64,000 nucleotides of DNA from Bacteroidaceae bacterium (GCA_045643405.1 JAZUKS010000084.1:1299-65298); one strand, 5' to 3'; shown: positions 46,342 through 55,040, counted from the stretch's first letter. The notes: generated from the letters alone by a model not told the origin. A program made the numbers and translations.

Positions 46342-46989
46342 CTAAATATAATATTCGATGACATCAATCAAGCCAGCCTTGATAGCCACGCGAGTTGCCT
46401 CGTAGCTGGTGTTGACGTGTAATTTGCGAAATATGCTACGCTTGTGTGCCGTAACGGTGTGTACACTCAGGAAACGTTCTGAGGCGATCTCCTTCACCTT
46501 CTTCCCCAATGCCGTCTGGCGGAGAATCTCAATCTCAGTAGGCGTAAGCACATCGACCGGAGAATGAGAGACGCTGGAAGTGGGCGAAAGCAAGAGGTTC
46601 ATGATGAACTGGCAGAGATGTCGCTCGCCGTTGAGCAATGAGGTAAGGGCCGAGACAAGTTCTCTCCTGCGGTTTGACTTCAAAGCCATGCCAAAGACAG
46701 GAAACGAACTGAGCCTGCGAGCCATTGCTTCGGAGATCTCATCCGAAAGAATCAGCCAATGCGAATGAGGGTATTTGACTGACAAATCTACCAATGCCTC
46801 TGAATCAGAGAAACCTGATTCCACATAATCAATAACCACATAAGCATCGGGGTTACGTTCAAGTTCATCCAGGAATTGCGTCTTCGTAACGGCACGAATA
46901 AGGTTGATGTCACCATCTATCTCGTGCAGCAATGCCTCAGTACCGATGCGGGTCAAATCCTGTTTGTCAAATATAATGATATTTTTCAT
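46342..46989 (-). CDS. LuxR/NarL(FixJ)-type transcriptional regulator with a receiver-like N-domain
   Basis: 215 aa. The C-terminal HTH is LTPTEIEILRQTALGKKVKEIASERFLSVHTVTAHKRSIFRKL. The receiver-like domain has IIIFDKQD (DK instead of DD) and VVIDY. No histidine kinase is present in the window. Confidence 0.8.
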   Translation of the reverse strand: MKNIIIFDKQDLTRIGTEALLHEIDGDINLIRAVTKTQFLDELERNPDAYVVIDYVESGFSDSEALVDLSVKYPHSHWLILSDEISEAMARRLSSFPVFGMALKSNRRRELVSALTSLLNGERHLCQFIMNLLLSPTSSVSHSPVDVLTPTEIEILRQTALGKKVKEIASERFLSVHTVTAHKRSIFRKLHVNTSYEATRVAIKAGLIDVIEYYI

Positions 46990-46995
46990 AATTCA

Positions 46996-47046
46996 TTGTA
47001 ACTTTGCCTACGAATGCTTTATTGCTTTCGCTTTGCAAAGTTACAA
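46996..47046. promoter_or_regulatory. 12-bp inverted repeat TTGTAACTTTGC ... GCAAAGTTACAA, each arm containing a TAacTTTG box
   Basis: The arms lie at 46996-47007 and 47035-47046. The minus-strand box (plus strand CAAAGTTA, 47036-47043) is 47 nt upstream of the regulator ATG at 46989. Confidence 0.4.
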
Positions 47047-47130
47047 CAGAAAGTAAGCTATTTCCAAGCAGAAACGAAATCTAAGAAAAATAATCTGTTT
47101 AAAACAGCTTATGCAGTAGTGTTATTCTAT

Positions 47131-48393
47131 TTACGCAGCTTTTTCCGTTTCGGCAATGTCATGGTTCACCATAGCACACACGCACGAATCCGACCACACA
47201 TTCTCTGCCGTTTCAACCATGTCGATGATTGTGTAAATAGGCAGAATGATGCCCATGATGGCAATGGGAGCACCGATGCCCGTCATCAGCGAAAGAGTGA
47301 GGAAATAGCACCCCATGGGAACACCTGCATTACCGACAGCCGAGAATACCGAAAGCACAACCCACAACAGGAAGAACGGTATGAGAGCCACGAAACTGCT
47401 CCCTTCGGGAATCAAGCCACCATTCTGCATCACGAAGAGCGAGGTGACGAGGATAAAGGCTGCGCAACCATTCATGTTGATGGTGGTACAGATAGGCAAC
47501 ACAAAGCGTGCCACGCGAGGAGAGGCTTTCAGCCGTTGCTCGGCCGACGAGAGGGTAACGGGCAGGGTGGCTGCCGACGACTTGGTGAAGAGTGCCATCA
47601 GCACGGCAGGAGTCATGGCGCGGAAAGTCTTCAAGGGATTGATTCTGCGAGCCAGCAGGAACAAGGGCAGCACCACAAAGAACTGTACAGCATTGCCTGC
47701 CAGCACCACTGCCACATACTTGCCGATAGAGGCTACTGCCACGCCTGCACTAACCTGGGCAGACAACTGGATGGCAAAGGCCACAATACCGAGAGGAAGG
47801 GTATAGACAAGGCCGCGAATCAAGACGAAAAGCAAGTCCTGCAAAGCAAGGAAGCCTTTTACGAGGATTTCCTTTCGCTCATTGTTGGCCATCTTAGTCA
47901 ACCCGAAACCTATGGCAAAGCTAAGCAACAATATGCTGAGCACATTGCCTTCAAGGAAGGGGCGCACAATGTTGTTGGGCACTACTGAGAGGAAGTGCTC
48001 CTTGTACGAGAGTTCCTCCAAACCGTCCGATCCGGCAGCAAGCGAGGCATCCTGAATGAGTTCTGCAGGTAGGCTGTCAGGAGCTATCACCCAGTAGAGC
48101 GCCAACCCCACAAGTGCTGCCATGAAGGTGGTGAGCAGGGTGTACATTATGGTGCGGAGGAAGATGCGACCGGTGTCTTTCTGCTTACCGAAAGTGGCTA
48201 ATGTGGTGATTACTGCCAATGCTATGGTGGGCACGGCCAGCAACTGGAAGAGGCGGGTATAAACCGAGGCAACGAAGTCGGCTGTGGAGTTGACCCAATC
48301 CACTTGCAGGGTGCCTATGGCAGTACCCACAACGAGGGCTAATATCCAAAGCAGCATTTGCTTGGTTTGGGGTGATAGTTTCTGTAGAGCCAT
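47131..48393 (-). CDS. Dicarboxylate/amino acid:cation symporter (DAACS family)
   Basis: 420 aa and polytopic. DAACS-type segments include FQLLAVPTIALAVITTL, SSAATLPV and NMNGCAAF. The substrate cannot be told from sequence. Confidence 0.8.
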   Translation of the reverse strand: MALQKLSPQTKQMLLWILALVVGTAIGTLQVDWVNSTADFVASVYTRLFQLLAVPTIALAVITTLATFGKQKDTGRIFLRTIMYTLLTTFMAALVGLALYWVIAPDSLPAELIQDASLAAGSDGLEELSYKEHFLSVVPNNIVRPFLEGNVLSILLLSFAIGFGLTKMANNERKEILVKGFLALQDLLFVLIRGLVYTLPLGIVAFAIQLSAQVSAGVAVASIGKYVAVVLAGNAVQFFVVLPLFLLARRINPLKTFRAMTPAVLMALFTKSSAATLPVTLSSAEQRLKASPRVARFVLPICTTINMNGCAAFILVTSLFVMQNGGLIPEGSSFVALIPFFLLWVVLSVFSAVGNAGVPMGCYFLTLSLMTGIGAPIAIMGIILPIYTIIDMVETAENVWSDSCVCAMVNHDIAETEKAA

Positions 48394-48427
48394 AATTATA
48401 TAAGTAAGTAATAATTACTTAGAGTTT

Positions 48428-49480
48428 CTATTTATGAGTTTGGCGCCAGGTGTGCACGTAGTCAGCAATGATGCGCACGCGTTCTGGTTCGATATCGTTG
48501 GGCAGAGAGTCGTCGCCACCTAAGATGAAGTTGGCTGGCGCATTCTTCAGTATCTCGTCAATCTCTGCCTTTGCCTCCTCGATGGTACCCTTGTAGATAG
48601 CACCGTTCTTGCTGTTGAGCACACCACCCAGAACGGGACGGCCGAAGAGCTTGCTGATTTCCTTGAGCGAGAGGCCCTTGTCCTGCCAGTTGTGAACGGG
48701 AGGGTTGATAACCGAGCCGGGATAGTCGAGATAGTCGTTGAGCGTCTCGGGAGTGAAGTGGCCACCACTCTCGCAGATGTGCAGTATGTTGAAGGGTGCC
48801 ACCTCATTGGCAGCATCGGCCAACTGACGGTCGTAAGGCTTGAGTACTGTCTGGAACACCTTTCCGCCAAACTCCTCCAGGTCGTCGCCCTGACTTGAGA
48901 TGTAGAAACCATCGGCACCTGCCTTACGAGCTTCGCGGATGTAATACACCAGCTGTTCGGTAACCATCTTCAAAGCTGGCTCAATGGCCTTGGGATCCTT
49001 ACGGATGATTTCAACCATACGCTTGCGACCTTCGCGGTCAGAAGAGAAGGAAGAGCCGGTAGCTTGAATGAGCACGCGCAAGGGCGAGAACACGGTGGGA
49101 ATGATGAGAGCTTCCTTGCCCAGCTCCTGCTTCAGCTGACGAACCACGTTCAGCTGCTCGTCCCATACAGAGTGATCCCATGCCTTCACGTTCTTCCAGT
49201 CAGAGGGTGAGTTGACCTGCTGGATGACGGGGAAGTACTCGTACTTCACATTAACAAAATCCACGTGTGTCTGCTTGTACCAATCTATGTGGCTCTGCAC
49301 GGCCTTGTAACCGCTCTTCGCATCGAAATGGATATTGAAGAACACAGGCACGTAATCGTTAGCACGGCTCTGGTCGAGGGTTTGGAGCAATAACTCACGC
49401 TTGTTGAAATCACTATAGGTCTGTGCTGAAGTGTTCAGCGAAAATGCCAAGGCCAAGGCCCAAAATACGTTCTTTTTCAT
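48428..49480 (-). CDS. URO-D (uroporphyrinogen decarboxylase / MtaA-like) family protein with a predicted signal peptide
   Basis: 350 aa. The N-terminus MKKNVFWALALAFSLNTSAQ looks like a Sec signal. URO-D-like blocks are DYVPVFF, AGADGFYISSQGDD and FNILHICESGG. GGDDSLP sits where MtaA-type enzymes have a G-C-G zinc ligand. Confidence 0.55.
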   Translation of the reverse strand: MKKNVFWALALAFSLNTSAQTYSDFNKRELLLQTLDQSRANDYVPVFFNIHFDAKSGYKAVQSHIDWYKQTHVDFVNVKYEYFPVIQQVNSPSDWKNVKAWDHSVWDEQLNVVRQLKQELGKEALIIPTVFSPLRVLIQATGSSFSSDREGRKRMVEIIRKDPKAIEPALKMVTEQLVYYIREARKAGADGFYISSQGDDLEEFGGKVFQTVLKPYDRQLADAANEVAPFNILHICESGGHFTPETLNDYLDYPGSVINPPVHNWQDKGLSLKEISKLFGRPVLGGVLNSKNGAIYKGTIEEAKAEIDEILKNAPANFILGGDDSLPNDIEPERVRIIADYVHTWRQTHK

Positions 49481-49605
49481 CTTTGCTTTCTTTTTAGTTT
49501 ATTTTCTTTTTACCTTATTTCAACATCTCGCCTGGCTGGCATGAACTATGGCTTACGTTATTTATGAGAGGCCAACCTTGCGAGGTGTTGTGTTATTTTT
49601 TCTGC

Positions 49606-49705
49606 TGCAAAGGTACGGCGAAATCGGCACCTGCACAATCGCAACACAGTAGTATTCGTCATACCAAGAAACAATAAACCGCATACCAAACTTTTGGTAC
49701 ACGGC
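49606..49705 (-). promoter_or_regulatory. Promoter/operator module A (upstream of the URO-D-like gene)
   Basis: The -7 box is TACCTTTG (plus CAAAGGTA, 49608-49615). The 7-2-7 palindrome TACCAAA-CT-TTTGGTA is at 49684-49699. About 85% identical to modules B and C. Confidence 0.6.
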
Positions 49706-49729
49706 TTATTCCTATAACAGATAACTTCC

Positions 49730-51367
49730 TTACTGCCAACCCTTCTGCTCGTAGGTTGAGGTGCCTGTCTCGCCATCGTAACCCCAGTTCTGCCTGAGTG
49801 CAGGGTTGAGGGCTATCTGATCGGTGGGTATGGGCAGGAAGTAATGCTTGAACGAGATGTTCTTGTACTTCAAGGCTCCATACTCATCATCACGGTTCAC
49901 ACGCTCCTTGATGGTCTTGACCAGTATGTGCCAGCGCTTGAGGTCGAACCAGCGAGTACCCTCAAGCAAGAACTCGCGATAGCGCTCCTGCTGCAAGGCA
50001 GCACGAAACTGCTCCTTGGTAAGCCCTGACAGATCTATGCTGGTGCCATCGGTGGGAGTGTTGTACCTATGCTCCCAGGGATTGTAGTAGGCACGACGGC
50101 GCACCTCGTTGATGGCATTATACGCCTGGTTGGTAGGGCCGTTCAGCTCATTCTCTGCCTCTGCCTTGACCAGCAGCACCTCAGCATAGCGAAGCACCGA
50201 ACTGCTGGTGTTCTGACCCGACTCGTAGGCATTGGCGAAATTAGCCATGTAGAGTGTGTCAATATACTTGCGGAAGCGCACACGCTCAAACTGGAAGTCC
50301 TCCTGCGTATAGGGATTCCACAGATGCTCTACCACACTGGCATCGCGACGCTGGTCGGTCACGTCGAAGGTGTTGCGCACAGAGTTGTCAACGGCAGTAA
50401 TCACAGGATAGTTATTGGCACCATTGGCAAAGCCGGTGGAGAATACGCAATGGCCGGTAACGTTACGGTTCACGCCAAACAGGTGCTCTGCCGTGAAGAG
50501 CAGTTCCGAGTTGTCCTTCTTGTCGAGTGCCCAGTTGTCGCAGAACTTCTCGTTGAGCTTGTGGCGACCTGTTGAGATGAGCTTGTCGGCAGCATCCACG
50601 GCCTTCTGGTAGAGCGCATCCTTGTTGGCCAGCGAGTATTCGGTGTCTGCCTGCGCCCACCACAGGTAAACCTTTGAGAGCAAGCCCGTGGCAGCATCGC
50701 CCGACACTACGCTCGACAGGGTAGAGAAGCCTACCGGTATCTGCTCTGCCTCGATGAGGTCGGCCACAATCTGCTCGTACACCTTGTCCTGTGCGGTGCG
50801 TGGAGCACCTTCTGCCTCGCCATCGTGGAGTGCCAGGGGCACATCGCCATAGAAGCGAACGAGGTCGAAATAGAAGAGCGCACGCAGGAACTTTGCCTGG
50901 CGAACCACATTCTGTCGCACGTTGGCATCTATGCCATGGTTGGCTTCTGCCTTGTCGATGAGTATGTTGGCACGGTTGATGCCCGTATAGTGAACCAACC
51001 AGGTAGATTCAACAAACGAGTTGGTGGGTGTGATGGCAAAGTTGGCTATCTCGGCTATGTCGGCGCTGTTGGCCTTACCACGGCGTGCATACTCGCTCTG
51101 CAGATCGTTAAAGTATATCAGTTCATTGTTATAGATGCCGTGCATCTCGCCTGCTATCTCACGGTCGGTAAGTATCTGATACACACCATTGAGGGCTACC
51201 TGCAGGTCCGACTCCGACTGGTAGAAGTCGTTGACATCGATGTCTGAGAGCGATGTCTGCTCCAGGTCGGCGCACGAGCTAAAACCGCCACCTGCTCCCA
51301 CCAGGGGAAGGGTTATCCACGCCAAAGTCTTTATATTTTGCTTGATATGATTGATTATCTTTTTCAT
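49730..51367 (-). CDS. susD: SusD/RagB family outer-membrane nutrient-binding lipoprotein
   Basis: 545 aa with lipobox GFSSC. SusD-like helical TPR-type sequence includes RALFYFDLVRFYGDVP and a C-terminal RQNWGY. It lies immediately downstream of susC. Confidence 0.9.
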   Translation of the reverse strand: MKKIINHIKQNIKTLAWITLPLVGAGGGFSSCADLEQTSLSDIDVNDFYQSESDLQVALNGVYQILTDREIAGEMHGIYNNELIYFNDLQSEYARRGKANSADIAEIANFAITPTNSFVESTWLVHYTGINRANILIDKAEANHGIDANVRQNVVRQAKFLRALFYFDLVRFYGDVPLALHDGEAEGAPRTAQDKVYEQIVADLIEAEQIPVGFSTLSSVVSGDAATGLLSKVYLWWAQADTEYSLANKDALYQKAVDAADKLISTGRHKLNEKFCDNWALDKKDNSELLFTAEHLFGVNRNVTGHCVFSTGFANGANNYPVITAVDNSVRNTFDVTDQRRDASVVEHLWNPYTQEDFQFERVRFRKYIDTLYMANFANAYESGQNTSSSVLRYAEVLLVKAEAENELNGPTNQAYNAINEVRRRAYYNPWEHRYNTPTDGTSIDLSGLTKEQFRAALQQERYREFLLEGTRWFDLKRWHILVKTIKERVNRDDEYGALKYKNISFKHYFLPIPTDQIALNPALRQNWGYDGETGTSTYEQKGWQ

Positions 51368-51421
51368 AAGGCTTTTCTTTTTTTTGTTTGTTTGAGGGGC
51401 TTCGTCAATTTAGTTGTTGTT

Positions 51422-54400
51422 TTAAAGTGTTACCTGAACACCCACCTGTACGGTCTTTGCGGTGGGATAGGTAGCCATGTCGATGCCCTGGAAGAGTGAG
51501 CTCTGCTCATCCTGTCCGCTGCGTGCTGCCTCTGGGTCATAGCCACTATACTTGGTGATGGTGAAGAAGTTCTGCAGCGAGAGGTACAATCTCAGCTTCG
51601 CATCCTTGGTAATCTTCTTGAGGGGGAAGGTGTAACCCAACTGTATGTTCTTGAAGCGCAGGTAACTGCCATTCTCCACAAAGCGGTCGTCAGAGACGAT
51701 GGTGATGTCGTTGCTGGCCTTCTGAATCACGTTGCTGGGGTTGGTGGCTGTCCAGCGGTCGGCCACAGATGCCAGACAGTTGTAATAGCCCGTGAACTTG
51801 GTCATTCTTACAGCCAGCGCGTTGTACACCTTGTTGCCTGCTGTACCTGCCAATGCCAGGAAGAAGTCGAAGTTCTTGTATTTGAGCGAGGTGTTCAAAC
51901 CGAAGCTGATCTTTGGCTGGGCATTACCTATCACGGTTTGGTCGTCCGAGTTCACCACGCCATCGCCATTCACATCCTCGTAATAGGGATTGCCGGGTTC
52001 GAGGGCAATGAACGACTGGGTGGGGAGGGCAGCCACGTCGGTGCTGCTCTGCACAATGCCCTTGAACTTATAGCCGTAGAAGGTTCCGAGGGGCTCACCT
52101 ACCTTGATGACCGAGGGGCTGATGTAGCCAAGCGTAGCGCCTCCCACGCTGGGCACAATGCTCTCTGCCAAGCCCAGGTCGGTCACCTCGTTGACATTGT
52201 GTGCTATGTTGGCATTCACGTTCCAGCGCAGGTCTTTGCGGTCGATGAGCACGCCACCCACTTCCAGTTCGATACCCTTGTTGGTAACCGATCCTACGTT
52301 TCGGAGTGCTGTCTCGTAACCCGTGATAGCCTCTACGGGCACCTGCAGGAGCAAGTCGGAGGTCTTCTTGTAATAGGCATCGAGGGTCACAGTGAGGCGG
52401 TTCTTGAAGAAGCCCGAGCTGATGCCCACGTTGTAGCTGGCCGTACGCTCCCATTTGAGGTCGGGGTTCTGCTTGTTGGTGATGTAGTAGGCGGTTTCCT
52501 TCTGGCCGTTGGTGATGAAGTTCCAGGCAGTAGGACTCACATTGGCAGCAAACTGGTAGTCGCCAATCTCCTGGTTGCCCACCACACCTGCCGACAGGCG
52601 GAGCTGCAGGAAGTCAACCTTTCTGCCCAGGTGCAGGAAGCGCTCCTTGTCAAGGTTCCACGAGGCACCCAGCGAGGGGAACACACCCCACTTGTTGTTG
52701 CTTGCAAAACGGCTCGAACCATCGGCACGGAAGGTAGCAGAGAGGTTGTAACGGCTGTCGTATGAGTAGTTAACACGTCCCAGCCACGACTGCAGGGTGT
52801 TGACCGAACCCACGCTGGTGGTGGTAGCGCGGTCGCTACCTGCACTCAGGTTGTTGTAGCCAAAGGCATCGCTGGCAAACTGTCGCACGGTGCTGGCAAA
52901 GGCGCTGCGGTCGGTACGCTGAGCGGTGTAGCCACCCAGCAGCGAGAGGTTGTGACCCTTGCCGAAGGTCTTGGTGTAGCTGGCCGTAAACTCCGTCTGC
53001 CACACGTTGGTACGCACATCGCCTACCGATGCCACGCCATTGTACTGCAAGCCAGTCGAGGTGTATGAGGGAGCATAGTTGCTCTCACGGGTGTTCGAGA
53101 GGTCGGCTCCCACGCTGGCCTTCAGCTTCAGGTCCTTGACAACCTCATACTCCGCAAAGGCATTGGCCAGGAAACGGGTGTTGCTGGTTGAGGTTTGGGT
53201 ATTCTCAAGGTCAGAGATGGCGTTGCCAGCCACCGACTTGCCTGCACGTGTATAGATGTCCTGCGAGGTGGGGTTGGGAGCGTAGTTGAAGCTGCCATCG
53301 GCATTATAGATGGGTTGCGTGGTGGGGGTGGCAAGTACCGACATCCAGTTGTTGGCCGACCACTTGCCTATCTGGCCAGAGCCACCGTTCTTGTCCACAT
53401 TGCGCAGGCCTTGCAGGTTGTTGTATGCCCCCGAGGCATTGATGCCCACCAGGAGGTTGTCGAACACGTTGCGCTCAAAGTTGATTCTGCCTGCATAGCG
53501 CTTGAGGTCGGTGCCGCGCACAATGCCCTCCTGGCTCTTGTAGCTGCCGCTGATGGAGTAGCGCGAACGCTCGTCGCCACCTGCCACGCTCAGCTGATGC
53601 TCCTGGCTGCCAGCGGTACGCAGGGCGGCATCCTGCCAGTCGTAGTTCTCGCCTGCCGTGATGGGGGCACCGGGGTTGAGCTCGTTGTAGGCTTCGGCAA
53701 ACTGGGTGGCGTTGAGCAAGTCAAGCTTCCTGGCTGCCGTGCTCCAGCCGAAAGTGCCCGAGTAGATGATGTTGTTGCGTCCGTGGAAACCCTTCTTGGT
53801 GGTGATGATGATCACACCATTGGCACCACGCGTACCGTAGATGGCGGTAGCCGATACATCCTTCAGCACCTCGATGCTCTCTATGTCGGCAGGGTTGAGG
53901 AAGGCCAGGGGGTCGAGTGCTGCATCCGAACCCGAAGCACCGCTCTTGGTGGCCGAGGCGTCGTTATACACAATGAAGCCGTCGATGACGTAGAGGGGTT
54001 CGTTGCCACCGGTGATTGAGTTACCACCACGAATGCGTATGTTGCTCGTTGCACCTGGCTGACCCGAGTTCGAGGTTACGTTGAGACCTGCCACAGCACC
54101 TTGCAGGGCACTCTCCACCGAACTGTTGTTCTGCTTCAGGAGTTCCTCGTTCACGCTCGATATGCTGGCTGTCAGCTGCTGGCGCTTCTGCACGCCATAG
54201 CCCACCACCACTACCTGTTCTATGAGCGAGCCGCCCTCCACCAGTTCTATGGTGACAGGTTCGTCCACGTCATACACCTCTATCTCCTGAGCGCGATAGC
54301 CGGTAAAGTTCACCTTGATCACAGCAGGCTGTTCCTTGACGTTGAGTGTGAACTCTCCGTCCATATTGGTCACCGTTCCGTTTTTCTTATCGTTACCCAC

Positions 54401-54535
54401 ATAAACGGTAGCACCGAGGATGCTCTCACCACTTCTGGCATCTACTACCGTTCCTTTTAGCGTCTGAGCCAAGGCTCCGGTGACTGTCACCACAGCCAGG
54501 AACAAGACGGTCAAGAATCTTCTGACATTTTTCAT
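51422..54535 (-). CDS. susC: SusC/RagA family TonB-dependent outer-membrane transporter
   Basis: 1037 aa. Has a carboxypeptidase-regulatory-like N-domain (LKGTVVDARSGESILGATVYV), a plug region (VVVGYGVQKRQQLTASIS...IRIRGGNSITGGNEPLYVIDG) and a C-terminal barrel. There is no STN/anti-sigma extension. Confidence 0.92.
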   Translation of the reverse strand: MKNVRRFLTVLFLAVVTVTGALAQTLKGTVVDARSGESILGATVYVGNDKKNGTVTNMDGEFTLNVKEQPAVIKVNFTGYRAQEIEVYDVDEPVTIELVEGGSLIEQVVVVGYGVQKRQQLTASISSVNEELLKQNNSSVESALQGAVAGLNVTSNSGQPGATSNIRIRGGNSITGGNEPLYVIDGFIVYNDASATKSGASGSDAALDPLAFLNPADIESIEVLKDVSATAIYGTRGANGVIIITTKKGFHGRNNIIYSGTFGWSTAARKLDLLNATQFAEAYNELNPGAPITAGENYDWQDAALRTAGSQEHQLSVAGGDERSRYSISGSYKSQEGIVRGTDLKRYAGRINFERNVFDNLLVGINASGAYNNLQGLRNVDKNGGSGQIGKWSANNWMSVLATPTTQPIYNADGSFNYAPNPTSQDIYTRAGKSVAGNAISDLENTQTSTSNTRFLANAFAEYEVVKDLKLKASVGADLSNTRESNYAPSYTSTGLQYNGVASVGDVRTNVWQTEFTASYTKTFGKGHNLSLLGGYTAQRTDRSAFASTVRQFASDAFGYNNLSAGSDRATTTSVGSVNTLQSWLGRVNYSYDSRYNLSATFRADGSSRFASNNKWGVFPSLGASWNLDKERFLHLGRKVDFLQLRLSAGVVGNQEIGDYQFAANVSPTAWNFITNGQKETAYYITNKQNPDLKWERTASYNVGISSGFFKNRLTVTLDAYYKKTSDLLLQVPVEAITGYETALRNVGSVTNKGIELEVGGVLIDRKDLRWNVNANIAHNVNEVTDLGLAESIVPSVGGATLGYISPSVIKVGEPLGTFYGYKFKGIVQSSTDVAALPTQSFIALEPGNPYYEDVNGDGVVNSDDQTVIGNAQPKISFGLNTSLKYKNFDFFLALAGTAGNKVYNALAVRMTKFTGYYNCLASVADRWTATNPSNVIQKASNDITIVSDDRFVENGSYLRFKNIQLGYTFPLKKITKDAKLRLYLSLQNFFTITKYSGYDPEAARSGQDEQSSLFQGIDMATYPTAKTVQVGVQVTL

Positions 54536-54680
54536 ACCTTTTTACCTTTTATTATTATTATATTACGTTTATTTACACTCTGGTTCTTTCTATCGGTTTA
54601 GTTGAACTTTTTTATAGCCTTCGGCTAGAAATCTTCAGGAGGAAATCTCTTTGAAGAAATCATTTACTGAAGTTTCCCAC

Positions 54681-54727
54681 CTTATTCCCTACATTTTGAC
54701 CGTAGTCAAAAGTCGGGGGGTAAGGGG
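54681..54727 (+). repeat. 45-nt hairpin element, copy 2 (inverted relative to copy 1)
   Basis: CTTATTCCCTACATTTTGACCGTAGTCAAAAGTCGGGGGGTAAGGGG, located between the susC start and promoter module B. Confidence 0.85.
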
Positions 54728-54740
54728 CTTACCGCTTGAT

Positions 54741-54845
54741 TTCGAGTGCAAAGGTACGGCTAAATCGGCATGCCCACAATCGCAACAGAGTAGTATTCGA
54801 CATACCAACAATGAACATACCACATACCAAAGATATGGTATATCC
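54741..54845 (-). promoter_or_regulatory. Promoter/operator module B (upstream of susC)
   Basis: The -7 box is TACCTTTG (plus CAAAGGTA, 54749-54756). The palindrome ATACCA-N6-TGGTAT is at 54824-54841. Confidence 0.6.
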
Positions 54846-54886
54846 ATCCACACAACAGCTGTAAATTAAACACTTAGCATAATCCC

Positions 54887-54918
54887 AAAAAGCCCCAGCA
54901 TCGGTGTGATGCTGAGGC
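54887..54918 (-). terminator. Rho-independent terminator after the 32-aa ORF
   Basis: On the minus strand: GCCTCAGCATC-acacc-GATGCTGGGGC followed by TTTTT. Confidence 0.7.
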
Positions 54919-54941
54919 TTGATGTGATGGCTTCAGGGGAA

Positions 54942-55040
54942 TTAGCCAATGCTAAAGCCAAGTGCCGAGAGGAGGGCGGTGAGCGTGGTGAGTACAATGT
55001 TGATGATCACGCTCCACTTGTTTTTCTTTTCAGTTGTCAT
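54942..55040 (-). CDS. 32-aa single-TM micro-protein (resembles the Bacteroidales 'smalltalk' small-protein family)
   Basis: Absent from the ORF track (too short). ATG at 55038-55040 and TAA at 54942-54944. Sequence is MTTEKKNKWSVIINIVLTTLTALLSALGFSIG. It is followed by a terminator and preceded by a 2-TM protein gene. Confidence 0.5.
   Translation of the reverse strand: MTTEKKNKWSVIINIVLTTLTALLSALGFSIG

Noticed and set aside
44993-49605. SAM or cobalamin riboswitches in the leaders of the sulfur-metabolism genes (44993-45121, 46990-47130, 49481-49605).
   Set aside because: No B12-box (GCCACTG on the mRNA strand) and no SAM-I, SAM-II or SAM-SAH-like conserved cores were seen by inspection. 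Regulation seems to rest on the DNA-level operator modules instead. A covariance-model scan would be needed to exclude them fully.
54694-54716. Reading TTGAC-CGTA-GTCAA in the susC leader as a CRP/FNR-family box (5-4-5).
   Set aside because: The second copy of the element (45034-45049) has TTGAC-CA-GTCAA, so the spacing is not conserved. A variable loop with conserved arms fits a hairpin better than a fixed-geometry protein site.
45020-54727. Interpreting the 45-nt inverted repeats as the ends of a composite transposon or an invertible 9.7-kb segment.
   Set aside because: No transposase, integrase or invertase gene lies inside or next to the segment, and I see no target-site duplication. Inversion would simply disconnect susC from its promoter. 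It remains possible but unsupported, so it is reported only as a repeat observation.
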